Shown here: in pieces, positions 10,605 to 20,976 of the stretch
Layout: every line of letters starts with the position of its first letter
How positions within the stretch are numbered: the stretch's first letter is position 1
NCBI GenBank assembly: GCA_963785235.1
Contig: CAWAUM010000004.1
Span: 1 to 64,000, forward strand
Direction of reading: 5' to 3'
Length of the DNA stretch: 64,000 bases
DNA from: an uncultured delta proteobacterium
GTDB lineage: Bacteria > Desulfobacterota > Desulfomonilia > UBA1062
The notes under the pieces: generated by a model
The model's database searches: none
What the model was told of the DNA's origin: nothing
The model's input: the letters and a program-made list of their open reading frames with translations, nothing else
Made by a program: the position numbers and the translations under genes

Positions 10605-11462
10605 TCATGTCTTGTTTTCATTGAGCTCCTTACGGGCATAAGTCCGGGCAATGAATCTGCTGCAAATGGTGGTTAGTTTCACTGCGGTCACCGGGAAAAA
10701 TCTGGTGATAAGGTCAATGACCTTAGCGTCCATTCCTATTAAAATACGCCTCTTGTTGCGTTTGATCCCTGAGATGATAACCCGAGCCGCCTCATCGGCG
10801 GTTGTTCTGAACAACTCATCCTCATAGAGACATATGGACTTCTCCCGGCTCAGTGAGTACATGGCGCAGTTGAAGCGGCTGTTGCGTGCAATATTGGTCT
10901 TGATTCCGCCTGGGTGCACACAGCTCACATGAATGTTTGTTCCGTGCATCTCCTGGGCAAGGGTTTCCGTGTATCCCTTTACTGCGAACTTGGCGGTGCA
11001 GTAGGGGCCGTTGTTGGGATTCGGCATGATCCCATTGATGCTGGAGATATTGATCACATGACCTTCCGGCCTTTTTCGTAAGTACGGAAGGAATGCCATG
11101 GTGCCGTACACGACCCCCCATAAATTGATGCCCATCAGCCATTCAAAGTCTTCCAGGGGAACGGTCTCCAGGAAATCGCCCAGGGCAACACCGGCATTGT
11201 TTATAATGATATCCACACCACCGTGGTGCGTAGCGGCCTCATGGGCGAAACGGAAGACCTGCTCGCGGTTCGACACGTCCACGATGTGGGTCGAGACCTT
11301 TACCTGATCACCGATGAGTGCGGCCGTCTCATTGAGGCCTGCCTCGTCGATATCGGCAATGGCGAGACTGCACCCCTGGGTTGCCAGGTTCACGGCAAGC
11401 ATCCTGCCGATGCCCGAGGCAGCGCCTGTTATTGCTGCTACCTTGTTCTTCAGATCCTTCAT
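10605..11462 (-). CDS. short-chain dehydrogenase/reductase
   Basis: TGAASGIG, NNAG, YCTAK. Confidence 0.9.
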   Translation of the reverse strand: MKDLKNKVAAITGAASGIGRMLAVNLATQGCSLAIADIDEAGLNETAALIGDQVKVSTHIVDVSNREQVFRFAHEAATHHGGVDIIINNAGVALGDFLETVPLEDFEWLMGINLWGVVYGTMAFLPYLRKRPEGHVINISSINGIMPNPNNGPYCTAKFAVKGYTETLAQEMHGTNIHVSCVHPGGIKTNIARNSRFNCAMYSLSREKSICLYEDELFRTTADEAARVIISGIKRNKRRILIGMDAKVIDLITRFFPVTAVKLTTICSRFIARTYARKELNENKT

Positions 11463-11527
11463 AAATCGAATTTCCTCCTTCTCTGCCTGATGTCATCTCT
11501 GAAGCATACAATTCTCTGATGCATTTC

Positions 11528-13105
11528 TCATACGGTGCGCTCCGCATCAAAGGTGTCCGGGGTTATGCCCAGGTTCTTGAGCTCGTTCTTCTTGATGCGG
11601 AAGGTCTCGGTCCGGGGGAAGTCGCTCACGACCCTGATATATCGGGGGATCGCGAAGCCGGCAAGCTTGTCCTGGAGAAAATCCCGGATAACCTTGGGCG
11701 AGAGGTTCTCGCCGTCCACGAGTTTCACCGAGGCCATGATCTCGTCCTCGGTCATCTCGGAGGGCACGGCATATACTGCGGCCTCAACGATTGCAGGGTG
11801 CTTGAGGATGGCCTGCTCCACGTCAAAGGCGGAAACGTTCTCTCCACGGCGGCGCATGGAGTCCGTACTTCTGCCCACGAAGTAGAGAAAGCCGTTCTCG
11901 TCCTGATACACCAGGTCGCCTGTGTACTCCCAGTCACCGCGGGTCTTTTCTCCTGTAGCCTTGGGATTCTTGTAGTACTCCACGGAACTTGTCTTATCCG
12001 CAGGGACCTGGAAAAGGAGCTCCCCGGTGGTCAAGGGAGGCACATCGTTTCCCTTTTCGTCTACGATCCGGATCACGCTCAGGACAGACCTGCCTATGGA
12101 GCCCTTGGGCCCGTCGCCGAAGTTGGCGATGAAGCCGGTGCCGTCGATGGCCGCATAGGCCTCCCAGATGGTCACCCCGAACCGCTTCTCAAAGGGCTCC
12201 CACAGGTCCGCAGGGCATCCGGCGGAGAAGACGTGGGTCACCTTGTGGTCTTTCTCATAGGGGCTTACAGGCGTCTTCATGAGGATGGGGATGATGGCGC
12301 CGATGGTGTTGAAGAAGTTGGCCCCGGACCTGGAAATCTCTTCCCAGAAGCGGCTGGCAGAGAAGCGCTTGGACAGTGCCACCGTGCAGCCCGTAACGAG
12401 GGCCTGGGTGGTGGTGACGAACAGTGCGTTGCCGTGAAACAGGGGCAGGGCCGTGTAGTAGACCGATTCCGGTTTGAGGATCAGGCCCGCCAGGAGCCTC
12501 AGCCGGTCCACCACGTTCCGGTTGTAGCGGGAGACCACGCCCTTGGGCAGGCCCGTGGTGCCCGAGGTGTACATGAGGATGAGGATGCTGTTCTCATCGA
12601 AGTCGATAGCCGGCTTTGTGGTTGGCAGGTCTGGTTTGTAGGCATTCTTCAAATCGAGCATGCCCTCGGGCACTTTATAGCCATCGGGCGCCTCCAGGGT
12701 ATTCACGATGATGGTCTTTACCTGCGGGGTCCTGTCCGCAACGCTCTTGTAGAGATCAAGGAGGTCATAGTCCACTACCAGGTACTTGGTGTCGCTGTTG
12801 TCGATGATGAAGGCCAGACCGTCGCCCTTGAGAGCGGTGTTCACCGTGTTGATGTACATCCCGATCTTCTGGATACCGAAGAACACGTCCAGGAACTGGG
12901 GCGAGTTATTCATGAGTACCGCCACACCGTCTCCTGGCCCTGCACCCAGATTCAGGAAATAGTGGGCGAAGCGGTTCGCGTTCCTGTCGGTCTCTCCATA
13001 GGTGATGGAGCGGTCCTGGTAGACGATATAGAGAAACGGGGCGTCAGGCTGTACTGACGCCTGTTTCTCGAGCTCGGATGCCCATGTTGAAACTTTCTCG
13101 GCCAT
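11528..13105 (-). CDS. acyl-CoA ligase (CaiC-like AMP-binding)
   Basis: YTSGTTGLPKG, LPLFHGNA, YTGD, RRRGENVS. Confidence 0.9.
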   Translation of the reverse strand: MAEKVSTWASELEKQASVQPDAPFLYIVYQDRSITYGETDRNANRFAHYFLNLGAGPGDGVAVLMNNSPQFLDVFFGIQKIGMYINTVNTALKGDGLAFIIDNSDTKYLVVDYDLLDLYKSVADRTPQVKTIIVNTLEAPDGYKVPEGMLDLKNAYKPDLPTTKPAIDFDENSILILMYTSGTTGLPKGVVSRYNRNVVDRLRLLAGLILKPESVYYTALPLFHGNALFVTTTQALVTGCTVALSKRFSASRFWEEISRSGANFFNTIGAIIPILMKTPVSPYEKDHKVTHVFSAGCPADLWEPFEKRFGVTIWEAYAAIDGTGFIANFGDGPKGSIGRSVLSVIRIVDEKGNDVPPLTTGELLFQVPADKTSSVEYYKNPKATGEKTRGDWEYTGDLVYQDENGFLYFVGRSTDSMRRRGENVSAFDVEQAILKHPAIVEAAVYAVPSEMTEDEIMASVKLVDGENLSPKVIRDFLQDKLAGFAIPRYIRVVSDFPRTETFRIKKNELKNLGITPDTFDAERTV

Positions 13106-13157
13106 TGTGACCTCCCATGTCAGATTATGGAATTCTTACCTTATGATAGTAACTGCC

Positions 13158-13475
13158 TTAAAGCCTGGGCGGCTTTGGCTCGCCGTGTTCGATGGTTTTG
13201 TAATAATACTTGACCGTATAGGGTTTCTTCATGGTGATTGCCCCGGCAGGACATATGGCCGCACAGCAGCCGCAGAAGATGCACTGGTTGTCCGGAACGG
13301 TGCGCATGAAGGGCTTCTTGTCCTCGTAGAAGATGCTGTCGGCGGGACATGCCTTAGCGCATATGCCGCATTTCGTGCATCTCTTATGATCGAACTCCAC
13401 TTCGCCAAGGCTCAGCTCGTCGGGGTCGTTGTAGGTGGGGATCTTGAACATCTCCAGCAGGGTCATATATCCCAT
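13158..13475 (-). CDS. 2[4Fe-4S] ferredoxin-like protein
   Basis: CTKCGICAKACP and CIFCGCCAAICP. Confidence 0.9.
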   Translation of the reverse strand: MGYMTLLEMFKIPTYNDPDELSLGEVEFDHKRCTKCGICAKACPADSIFYEDKKPFMRTVPDNQCIFCGCCAAICPAGAITMKKPYTVKYYYKTIEHGEPKPPRL

Positions 13476-13486
13476 GTCTTCCTCCT

Positions 13487-14222
13487 TTAATAAATAACTG
13501 ACTTGGTGGCGTTTTCATACCAGTCCACGGCATGGGTCTGGCGGGCTATCATATCGTCGGGTTCACCCACCGGCCATCCCACGGCGATGCTCGATACGAA
13601 TTTGAACGGGTAGCTGATCCCGAAGAATTTTTTCCACTTGGGCATATAGTCGAACAGGAGCTTCGGCAAAGCCGACCCAGCATGAGCCCAACCCCATGCT
13701 GTGGGCCGCGATCACCATATTCTGGCCCGCAATGCCGCAGTCGAGTTCCGGGCATGACACGCCACGGACATCGGCAAAGATGATGATTACAGTAGATGCC
13801 CCATGCCACAGCCCGAGCCTCCGGTCGGCAATCATGGAAAGGGCCCCGAACGGAACCCAGTGGAGATCGTTCTTTCGCATCCTGATCATGAACTTGGTTA
13901 TGGGCCGCAGCCACTCCTTGCCTGGCTTGGTGTAGTCGATCATCTTCCTGAAGAGGTCACAGGTGTCGATGCAGTCTTCGGTCATTTCATGGATGATGTT
14001 CTCGTCACGAATCACAACGAACTTCCACGGCTGGGAGTTGCCTGCCGATGGAGCGAACCTTCCCGCCTCCAGAATCCGTTTGACCATGAACTCCGGCACC
14101 TGCTCTTTCTTATAGAGCCGTACACTCCTTCTGCTCAGGATCACCTTCTCGGTCTCGGTGAAGTTTTTTTTCAGGTGCTCCACGAGATCGGCCTTTGATT
14201 CCTTCTTCGCCACACTCTCCAT
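13487..14222 (-). CDS. nitroreductase family protein (frameshift near 13660)
   Basis: SRRSVRLY, APSAGNSQPW, AAHSMGLGSCWVG. C-terminal IAVGWP in ORF 13487..13669. Confidence 0.8.
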
Positions 14223-14251
14223 AACCGTCACCTCCAAAGGATTCTCCGTTT

Positions 14252-15505
14252 CTATTTCGTCTTTTCAAGGATATGGATGGCCATTGCGGCCTCCCCCATG
14301 CCCAGGAATCCGCCACCGTTCTCCGCCATGGCGATCCTGCATCCGCTCACCTGCCTCTTGCCTGCCTCGCCCCGCAGGTGGGTCACGAGCTCGTAGATTT
14401 GGGCAAGGCCTGATGCGCCGATGGGGTGGCCACGGGCTATGAGGCCACCGCTCGGATTGATGGGGATCTTCCCCCCTATGGCCGTGGCACCCCCCTCGGC
14501 AAAGGGACCGCCTTGGCCTTCCGTGCAGAACCCCATCTGCTCGGTCTGGTAGAGCTCACCAAACGCCGTGGCGTCGTGGACCTCGGCGGCCTGGATATCT
14601 TCCGGTCCCATGCCGGCCATGTCATAGGCCGCATGGGAGGCCCGGAAACAAATGTCGCTCATGCCTTCGCGCTTGCCGGATTTCAGCACCGAGGCACGGA
14701 TGGCTACGGCCCTTTTTTTGCCATGCTTCTTCATGAATTTTTTGCTGCATATGATTGCTGCTGCTGCACCGTCACCAATGGGCGCACACATGGCCCGTGT
14801 CAGGGGCCATGCCACCTCACGGTCAGCCATTACCTCTTCAACGGACATGGGGAAGGTGTACTGGGCCAGCGGGTTGAGGGTGGAGTTGTTGTGTGCCTTG
14901 GCCGCAATAACGGCGAGCTGGCGCTGGGTGGTGCCGTAGCGTTCCATGTGCATGCGCGCGCCCATGGCGTAAAGGTCCATGAACGAGGAGTGGCCTCCTG
15001 GTTTCTCCTGAACCGCCTTTGCACCCAGGAGTTTGGCCTGTTCCTCCTTGTGTTTTTTCGCTTCCTCCTGGAGCCTGGCGATGAGCTGCATGGTCACTTC
15101 CACGTCCGTGCCGGAGATGAAACCCTCCATGGTCTTGGTCCTATCTTCGCTGTAGAGCTTTTCGGTGCCTATGGCGAGCACGCAATCGAACTGCCCGGCC
15201 TTTACGGCCATCCATGCCCCGTTCAAAGCCGTGGAGGCGCTGGCGCAGGCGTTTTCCACATTGGTGATGGGTATGCCCTCAAGACCGTTGGCCGACAGCG
15301 CCACCTGTCCCCTGATGCAGTGCTGGAAGGATTGCATACCCCAGGACGAGTTTGAGAACCAGGCCGCCTCCATGTCGCTCTTCTCCAGGCCGCAGTCCTT
15401 CAGGACCAGATCGAGGGCCTCGCCGGTCAGGGCCTTGATGCCCCTGTCCAGGTACTTGCCGAACTTGATCATCCCTACACCGATGATGTAGACATCCTCA
15501 CTCAT
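14252..15505 (-). CDS. SCP2-type thiolase
   Basis: VENACASAS, EVHDA, NPSGGL..GHPIGASG. Confidence 0.9.
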   Translation of the reverse strand: MSEDVYIIGVGMIKFGKYLDRGIKALTGEALDLVLKDCGLEKSDMEAAWFSNSSWGMQSFQHCIRGQVALSANGLEGIPITNVENACASASTALNGAWMAVKAGQFDCVLAIGTEKLYSEDRTKTMEGFISGTDVEVTMQLIARLQEEAKKHKEEQAKLLGAKAVQEKPGGHSSFMDLYAMGARMHMERYGTTQRQLAVIAAKAHNNSTLNPLAQYTFPMSVEEVMADREVAWPLTRAMCAPIGDGAAAAIICSKKFMKKHGKKRAVAIRASVLKSGKREGMSDICFRASHAAYDMAGMGPEDIQAAEVHDATAFGELYQTEQMGFCTEGQGGPFAEGGATAIGGKIPINPSGGLIARGHPIGASGLAQIYELVTHLRGEAGKRQVSGCRIAMAENGGGFLGMGEAAMAIHILEKTK

Positions 15506-15543
15506 GTCGTTTCTCCTTAGTTCAATCTCATATTGATATATCT

Positions 15544-16308
15544 TCACAGCTCACGGGGGTATCCGCCATCAGGCCCTTTCCACGGCTCAGGCGGGCCCAT
15601 GAGCACGAAGGGGAAGGGATTGATCTTCCCGAGCGTAATGGTGAGTCTCCCCAGGCCGAGGTAGAGGGTATCGTTCACCTTGCGGACCTCATCTTTCATG
15701 GTTGAGGTGTAAAAGGAATTGTAGTCTTTGTAGACGAGGTGGAACGATGTCCTTAGGTCAAACACGGATGGCCCTATAAAGGTCCTGTTGCACATCATGC
15801 GCACCATTCTCTGGGGCGCAGATGATCCGAATGCCGATCTCACAAGGCCTGCCAGGCTTGCCGCACCTGCCAGGAAGACGTTCTCCGGGACTTTGGAGAG
15901 TGTGGTGAGGAAGGTGTTGTAGCCGTGACCGTGTCGTTCCGAGAGTGGCTCGAAGGCCTTGTGGACCCACATCCCCCAGGTGAAGTACAGGAAGAGCGTG
16001 CTCAGGAGACTGTTCACGGTATTCCCGCTGTCCAGCAGCATGGCCCGGTATTCCCCCATCATCTCGCTCACCTCGGGTGAGACGAGCTGGTGAAAGACAC
16101 CCACGAGCTGCTGTCGGTTCAGTTTTTTGAGGTCCTCGATGGTGATTTCCTCACGGTCCTTGGGGATGATGGCCTGCAGGGATTTACCAAGATACGGGTT
16201 CACCCGGGGACGCGTAATGATTGAGAGGATGCAGGCAGCAGCAGTGGCGGCGATGAAGTATTTCAGAAACCTTTTCAGGAGAACGCTCAGGGAGTTCATC
16301 ATAATCAT
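15544..16308 (-). CDS. hypothetical membrane-anchored protein
   Basis: N-terminal hydrophobic segment, W.HKAF...GYN and DEVRKV...YLGLG motifs, operonic position. Confidence 0.6.
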   Translation of the reverse strand: MIMMNSLSVLLKRFLKYFIAATAAACILSIITRPRVNPYLGKSLQAIIPKDREEITIEDLKKLNRQQLVGVFHQLVSPEVSEMMGEYRAMLLDSGNTVNSLLSTLFLYFTWGMWVHKAFEPLSERHGHGYNTFLTTLSKVPENVFLAGAASLAGLVRSAFGSSAPQRMVRMMCNRTFIGPSVFDLRTSFHLVYKDYNSFYTSTMKDEVRKVNDTLYLGLGRLTITLGKINPFPFVLMGPPEPWKGPDGGYPREL

Positions 16309-16322
16309 CTCCTTGCCTCAGC

Positions 16323-17165
16323 TTACGTCATCCCGAGCCGCGCCATCATCAGGACAATCCTGCGTAACGCTGCCGAGCGGTTGAGTATGGCAAAACCCTC
16401 GTAGTACCGTGCCGGAGAGAGCCGCTTGAAGATCCACTGCATCTTTGCCGAAGTCTGGGGGACCACGTAGAGCCGGTTCTTCTCATAGGCCTTGATGGTA
16501 AGCGCCGCGATGTCTTCGGAGGTCATCCTTGCATTGTCGAAGGCCGCGTTGGTAAAGGTGCACTGGAACTCGTCGCAAAAACGCATATCGCGCAGGAGGT
16601 TCGTGTTGAAGAAGGTGGGGCAGACCACGCTTACCCCGATGTCAAACGGGGACAGCTCGCCCTTCAGCGTCTCGGAGAGCGATATCACGGCGGCCTTGGA
16701 CACATTGTAGCATGCCATCTCAGGCATGCTCACAATCCCGGCGGCCGAGGCCACGTTGATGATGTGCCCTCTGCGCGCCTGCTTCATCTTCGGGATGAAG
16801 GCGTGGCACCCGTAGATCATGCCCCAGAGGTTGATGTTCACGAGCCAGTGCCAGTCCTCGATGGGCATGTCTCCTACGACCCCTGCTGCAGCCACGCCGG
16901 CGTTGTTCACGAGCAGATCAAGTCGGCTCCAGGTGGAAAAGACATGGTCGGCCATCTTCTGCACCTCTTCGGCCTTGGTAACATCACAGTGGCAGATTTC
17001 TCCTGCACCGCCTGCCTGCTTCACCATGGTGAGCGTGACAGCCGCTTCCCTGGGGTTGACATCGGCAACAAGGATCCGGAAGCCTTTGTGGGCAAGGGCA
17101 ATGCAGATGTCCCGCCCGAGACCCGAGGCCGCCCCGGTGACCACTGCGGTTTTTCTTTCAGCCAT
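16323..17165 (-). CDS. short-chain dehydrogenase/reductase
   Basis: TGAASGLG, NNAG, YNVSK. Confidence 0.9.
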   Translation of the reverse strand: MAERKTAVVTGAASGLGRDICIALAHKGFRILVADVNPREAAVTLTMVKQAGGAGEICHCDVTKAEEVQKMADHVFSTWSRLDLLVNNAGVAAAGVVGDMPIEDWHWLVNINLWGMIYGCHAFIPKMKQARRGHIINVASAAGIVSMPEMACYNVSKAAVISLSETLKGELSPFDIGVSVVCPTFFNTNLLRDMRFCDEFQCTFTNAAFDNARMTSEDIAALTIKAYEKNRLYVVPQTSAKMQWIFKRLSPARYYEGFAILNRSAALRRIVLMMARLGMT

Positions 17166-17178
17166 GCCACTCCTCTCC

Positions 17179-18327
17179 CTAGAAAGCCGCTGCACAGGTG
17201 TCTTCAAGGCCCGCGATCTCCCGGATCATGGCAATCTTTTTGAGCGGGGCGATACCCAGCAGTCCCTGCACCTGCCGTGCGTCGCGATAACGCTTCTCCT
17301 GGCCGTAATCCTTCATGTAGCCGTTTCCGCCCAGCAGCTGCACACCATCGTTGACCGCCTCGCAGCACAGCTCATGGACATGGAGTGCAGCAGCGATGCA
17401 GAGTCTTCCCCAGTCCCTGGCACCGGCCTCCATGGCCTGGCAGGCCTGGGCCACGCACAGGTCCGCCACATCGACCTTGACGGCCATGTTGGCCAGGATC
17501 ATGCTCACTTCGGACCAGTTGATGATCTGGCACCCGCCCTGGAACCGCTCCTGGGAATAGGCCAGGGCTTCACTGAAGGAGCCTTTCAGGATTCCTGCGG
17601 ACATGGCGGCTGCGGCCACATGGAGCTTCTTCGATGCCTCCTGGAAACAGGGATGTCCGTTGCCTTCCTCGCCGACGAGTTGCGTCTTGACGCCGTCGAA
17701 GGCCACATCAACGGCAGGGCAGGCATGGAGCCCGAGGCTGAAGATGGGATCGCTTTTCTTCACCCCCTTGTCGTCCAGGTCCACCAGGAAGAACGAGTAG
17801 CCCGGTTTGCCGTCCATGCGGGCGGGTATAAGCCCCTGGGCCGCGATATTGCCCAGCACCAGGTATTCGAGCTCTCCCCTGAGCACATACCCTTTACCGG
17901 AGCGCTCTGCCGTGGGGAGCTTCACCATCTGGGCCGGGTTGCTAAAAGAGGGGTATGCGACCAGGAATTCCCTGGCTCCGGCGGCCTTGGGGAAGATTTT
18001 CCCGAGGATTTTGTCCGCCTTGGCAGAGAGCATGATCTCCTGGGCAAGGGCGTTCGTGAAGATGATGCCTCCCAGCGAGCTGTCTGCGCGGCAGATGTTG
18101 TCCAGGATCACGCACAGGGCGCTGATCCCGCCATTGATGCCGCCCAGGTCCTCGGGCAGCAGGACGCCCAGGAACCCCACCTCGTGGGCCTTGTCCAGCA
18201 CCTTGCCGAAGAACGGCCCGAAGGGGTAGGTGTCGTGCTCCTCGGTCTTCTTGGCGAGTTCCTTGGCGGCAAAGGATGACGCCAGGTATTCAAACGGTTT
18301 CAGATCGGTGTTGTTTGCAGTCAGCAT
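17179..18327 (-). CDS. acyl-CoA dehydrogenase family, probably non-catalytic subunit
   Basis: RFQGG, VQLLGGNGYMKDY..EKRYRDA. The usual IYEG is replaced by GLLG. Confidence 0.8.
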   Translation of the reverse strand: MLTANNTDLKPFEYLASSFAAKELAKKTEEHDTYPFGPFFGKVLDKAHEVGFLGVLLPEDLGGINGGISALCVILDNICRADSSLGGIIFTNALAQEIMLSAKADKILGKIFPKAAGAREFLVAYPSFSNPAQMVKLPTAERSGKGYVLRGELEYLVLGNIAAQGLIPARMDGKPGYSFFLVDLDDKGVKKSDPIFSLGLHACPAVDVAFDGVKTQLVGEEGNGHPCFQEASKKLHVAAAAMSAGILKGSFSEALAYSQERFQGGCQIINWSEVSMILANMAVKVDVADLCVAQACQAMEAGARDWGRLCIAAALHVHELCCEAVNDGVQLLGGNGYMKDYGQEKRYRDARQVQGLLGIAPLKKIAMIREIAGLEDTCAAAF

Positions 18328-18342
18328 GGCGACCTCCTCAGG

Positions 18343-19851
18343 TTAGTCATCTTCAAAAACCCGTGCCTTTGCCACAGACGGGGCGATGAGGCACTTGAAG
18401 AGATTCAGACGGTTGAGTTGGTTGGTGCCCTCGTAGATCTGGACAAGCTTCGCGTCCCTGAGGATCTTCTCCACCCCCCGGTCCTGCCGGAGCCCTGCCT
18501 GGCCCATGAGTTCGATGGCCATCTGGCAGTTCCTCACCCCGAAATCCGTTCCCGCGAACTTGGCGAGCGAGGCCCAGCCCGAGGTGCAGCGGTCGTCGTC
18601 CAGGCTGTGCCAGTCGAAATAGAGCTTGTTCATGAGGGCTGTGGAAGACTCCTTGTCGAGCATGGGCGCCACGACCTTGTCAAAATAGGCTGCGGGCATA
18701 TATTTCTGGTAATAGTACAGGGGTTTCATCTGGAGGAGGTTGTAGATGCCGCGGTGGCTGTTGGCATAGTTGGCTTCAATGTAGGCGAGCCTGCCCAGAC
18801 AGACGTTCTTATACATCTCGGCCAGCCAGCACTGTACCCATTCGTGGTTGATCATGGGTCTGCCGTTGAGCTCATTTTCGGAGGCGAACCTGAGGGCATG
18901 CTCGAAGGCCCCCCGGGCGGCCCCCACTCCCATGGCGCCGACCCCGGACCTCGTGGCGGACATGATATAGTCCATGTAGCGCTGGAGCAGCACCTTGACG
19001 GGCTTGTTCGAGTATTTCTGCAAGCGCTCGGGATCGTAGAGCACGAGTTCATCCGGCACGAAGCAGTCCTCGAAGATGAGCTCGCTGGCCGGGCAGACCC
19101 GCTGGCCCATCTTGTTCTCGTGCTTGCCCAGGGAAAAACCCTTCATTCCCTGCTTCACCATGACCCCCACATTGGTCTGTGAGGGACGTTTGAGGTCGGT
19201 GACGCCATAGAGGGCTGTCCAGGTTGAGACGTGCCCCATGGAGATGAAGATTTTGCTTCCGTTGAATATATACCCGCCCTTGACACGCTCGGCATGGCAG
19301 GTGACCTTGCCCTTTTCCACGAGATCGACTTCCTCCACATCGGTCCCTGCGCCGGGTTCGGTAATGGCCAGGGCTATGAGGCAGGGTTTTCCGTTCTTCT
19401 CCCCGTCGATCACCTCGCGGATGACCTTCTTGATAAGAGGGGTGTTGTAGGAAGACATGAGTCCGGCAACCCCTAGGTAGTGCACGCCGATGACATTCAG
19501 GATGCCCAGGCAGACGGAGCCCACCTCCTCGACGAAGTAGGACATGGAGGGCATGTTCACCCCCCTGCCGCCGAAGAGCTTGGGTATCCACATGGTGTAG
19601 AAGCCCCTCCGGCTGGCCTCCTCCACGATCTCGTGGGGGAGGTAGTCCGGGTCCTCGTGGGTCTTCCGGTCGAGCTGAAGGGCCAGCGGTCTGGTCACCT
19701 CGTCGTTGAACTTTCTGGCCATGGCGATGACCTGCTTCGTCTCCTTGACCATGCCCTTGGGAAGCCTCGGGGCATACTGGAGGCTGAGCAGGGTATCCTC
19801 AAACCTGGGGAACCGGGAAAGAAATGTTGATACCTCCGGGTTGGACAGCAT
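18343..19851 (-). CDS. acyl-CoA dehydrogenase
   Basis: AITEPGAGTD, NGSKIFIS, KMGQR, RDAKLVQIYEGTNQ. Confidence 0.9.
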   Translation of the reverse strand: MLSNPEVSTFLSRFPRFEDTLLSLQYAPRLPKGMVKETKQVIAMARKFNDEVTRPLALQLDRKTHEDPDYLPHEIVEEASRRGFYTMWIPKLFGGRGVNMPSMSYFVEEVGSVCLGILNVIGVHYLGVAGLMSSYNTPLIKKVIREVIDGEKNGKPCLIALAITEPGAGTDVEEVDLVEKGKVTCHAERVKGGYIFNGSKIFISMGHVSTWTALYGVTDLKRPSQTNVGVMVKQGMKGFSLGKHENKMGQRVCPASELIFEDCFVPDELVLYDPERLQKYSNKPVKVLLQRYMDYIMSATRSGVGAMGVGAARGAFEHALRFASENELNGRPMINHEWVQCWLAEMYKNVCLGRLAYIEANYANSHRGIYNLLQMKPLYYYQKYMPAAYFDKVVAPMLDKESSTALMNKLYFDWHSLDDDRCTSGWASLAKFAGTDFGVRNCQMAIELMGQAGLRQDRGVEKILRDAKLVQIYEGTNQLNRLNLFKCLIAPSVAKARVFEDD

Positions 19852-19940
19852 ACGACCCTCCTTCATGCATACGTTTTTCTGTTAAAACGGGCATTGCCCG
19901 AAAAAACCGCCTGTAACCGAAAGGCGCAGTGGTGAACGCC

Positions 19941-20624
19941 TCATTCTTCGTCATCAGTGAGCTGGGGTACGCTCAGGTCGCCGAGCTCGGTCCTCCCCTT
20001 GTCGGTCAGGTACATGGAGACCATGGCATGGGTAAGGGCTATAAGATTATTTATGGCCTCTTTGCGGGTAAACTGCCGGTCCATCAGGTACCCGATTGCC
20101 ACTTGGAGACACATACCTATGATGATGTGCCCCATGAGTACGGCATTCACGCCCTTTATAAATCCGAGTTCCTCCCACTTGAGAAAATCTTCGGCGATGT
20201 CGGATGCAAAGGCATTGAAGAACTCCCAGATGACTGTATCGTTCTCTTCATCCACGCCGAATCCCCCGCGCACGATCAGGAGCATCTGCTCCGGGTTTGA
20301 CTCAACGTAGTCGAAGAAGGCGGCATAGGCAGGTTTCCACTGCTGCACCCGTTCCCGGACATCTTCGGGCCTCTTTGTCTGGCTGAGTTCCTTGAGTGTC
20401 GCCCTCAGGGTCCCGAGGTTTTCCCGCATGATCTGCTCGAAAAGGTCGCGCTTGTCCTTGAAGTGGGCGTATATGCTGCCTGTGGATATACCTGCCGCCT
20501 TGACGATATCCGCGATCTGGGCCTTGTGATAGCCTTTTTCCGAGAAAACTCTGCTGGCCGCCTGTACGATCATCTCCCGGGTCTCGGCCTTGCGATCTTC
20601 AATGGATGTAGTTACGGCAGTCAT
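19941..20624 (-). CDS. TetR/AcrR family regulator
   Basis: IVQAASRVFSEKGYHKAQIADIVKAAGISTGSIYAHF. Confidence 0.9.
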   Translation of the reverse strand: MTAVTTSIEDRKAETREMIVQAASRVFSEKGYHKAQIADIVKAAGISTGSIYAHFKDKRDLFEQIMRENLGTLRATLKELSQTKRPEDVRERVQQWKPAYAAFFDYVESNPEQMLLIVRGGFGVDEENDTVIWEFFNAFASDIAEDFLKWEELGFIKGVNAVLMGHIIIGMCLQVAIGYLMDRQFTRKEAINNLIALTHAMVSMYLTDKGRTELGDLSVPQLTDDEE

Positions 20625-20653
20625 GAAACCCCATTTAAAATATATTATAATAA

Positions 20654-20701
20654 CAATGAATCAGTATTACTAAACTATAATACAATCAACCTATATGTCA
20701 A
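20654..20701 (-). promoter_or_regulatory. sigma70 promoter and candidate operator of tetR
   Basis: Minus-strand TTGACA-N16-TATAGT followed by the imperfect palindrome CAATGA-atca-GTATTA. Confidence 0.5.
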
Positions 20702-20976
20702 GGACAGTTATTAATAAGTAGAGATAATTATATATAAAACATTAATAATAAAGGATAAAAAAACAGTCTGTATTACAACAATACCGGCATACATGTTCTA
20801 TCCATGGCGTCGCCTGACCTTTCATGTATTTATAGAACGGTAGCACTCATCCATGCGCGAAGTGACCTTCGCCGCATATTCCTATGTCATATAGAACACG
20901 GGTTTGTGCGCGGAGCATTCCACGGTGTAGACCCTTTTACTTTCTGATCCCCTCTTTTCCCCGGCTTGGGTTCAAC

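Noticed and set aside
10418-10651. Small ORFs over MITE copies (also 37454..37720, 37530..37712, 58717..58905, 61915..62145) and over selC (26609..26812)
   Set aside because: They are translations of repeat or tRNA sequence with no independent coding evidence.
11519-13057. 512-aa plus-strand ORF, and similar ones at 16819..18279 and 14426..15355
   Set aside because: Antisense shadows of GC3-rich genes with clear motifs; they carry no recognisable domain.
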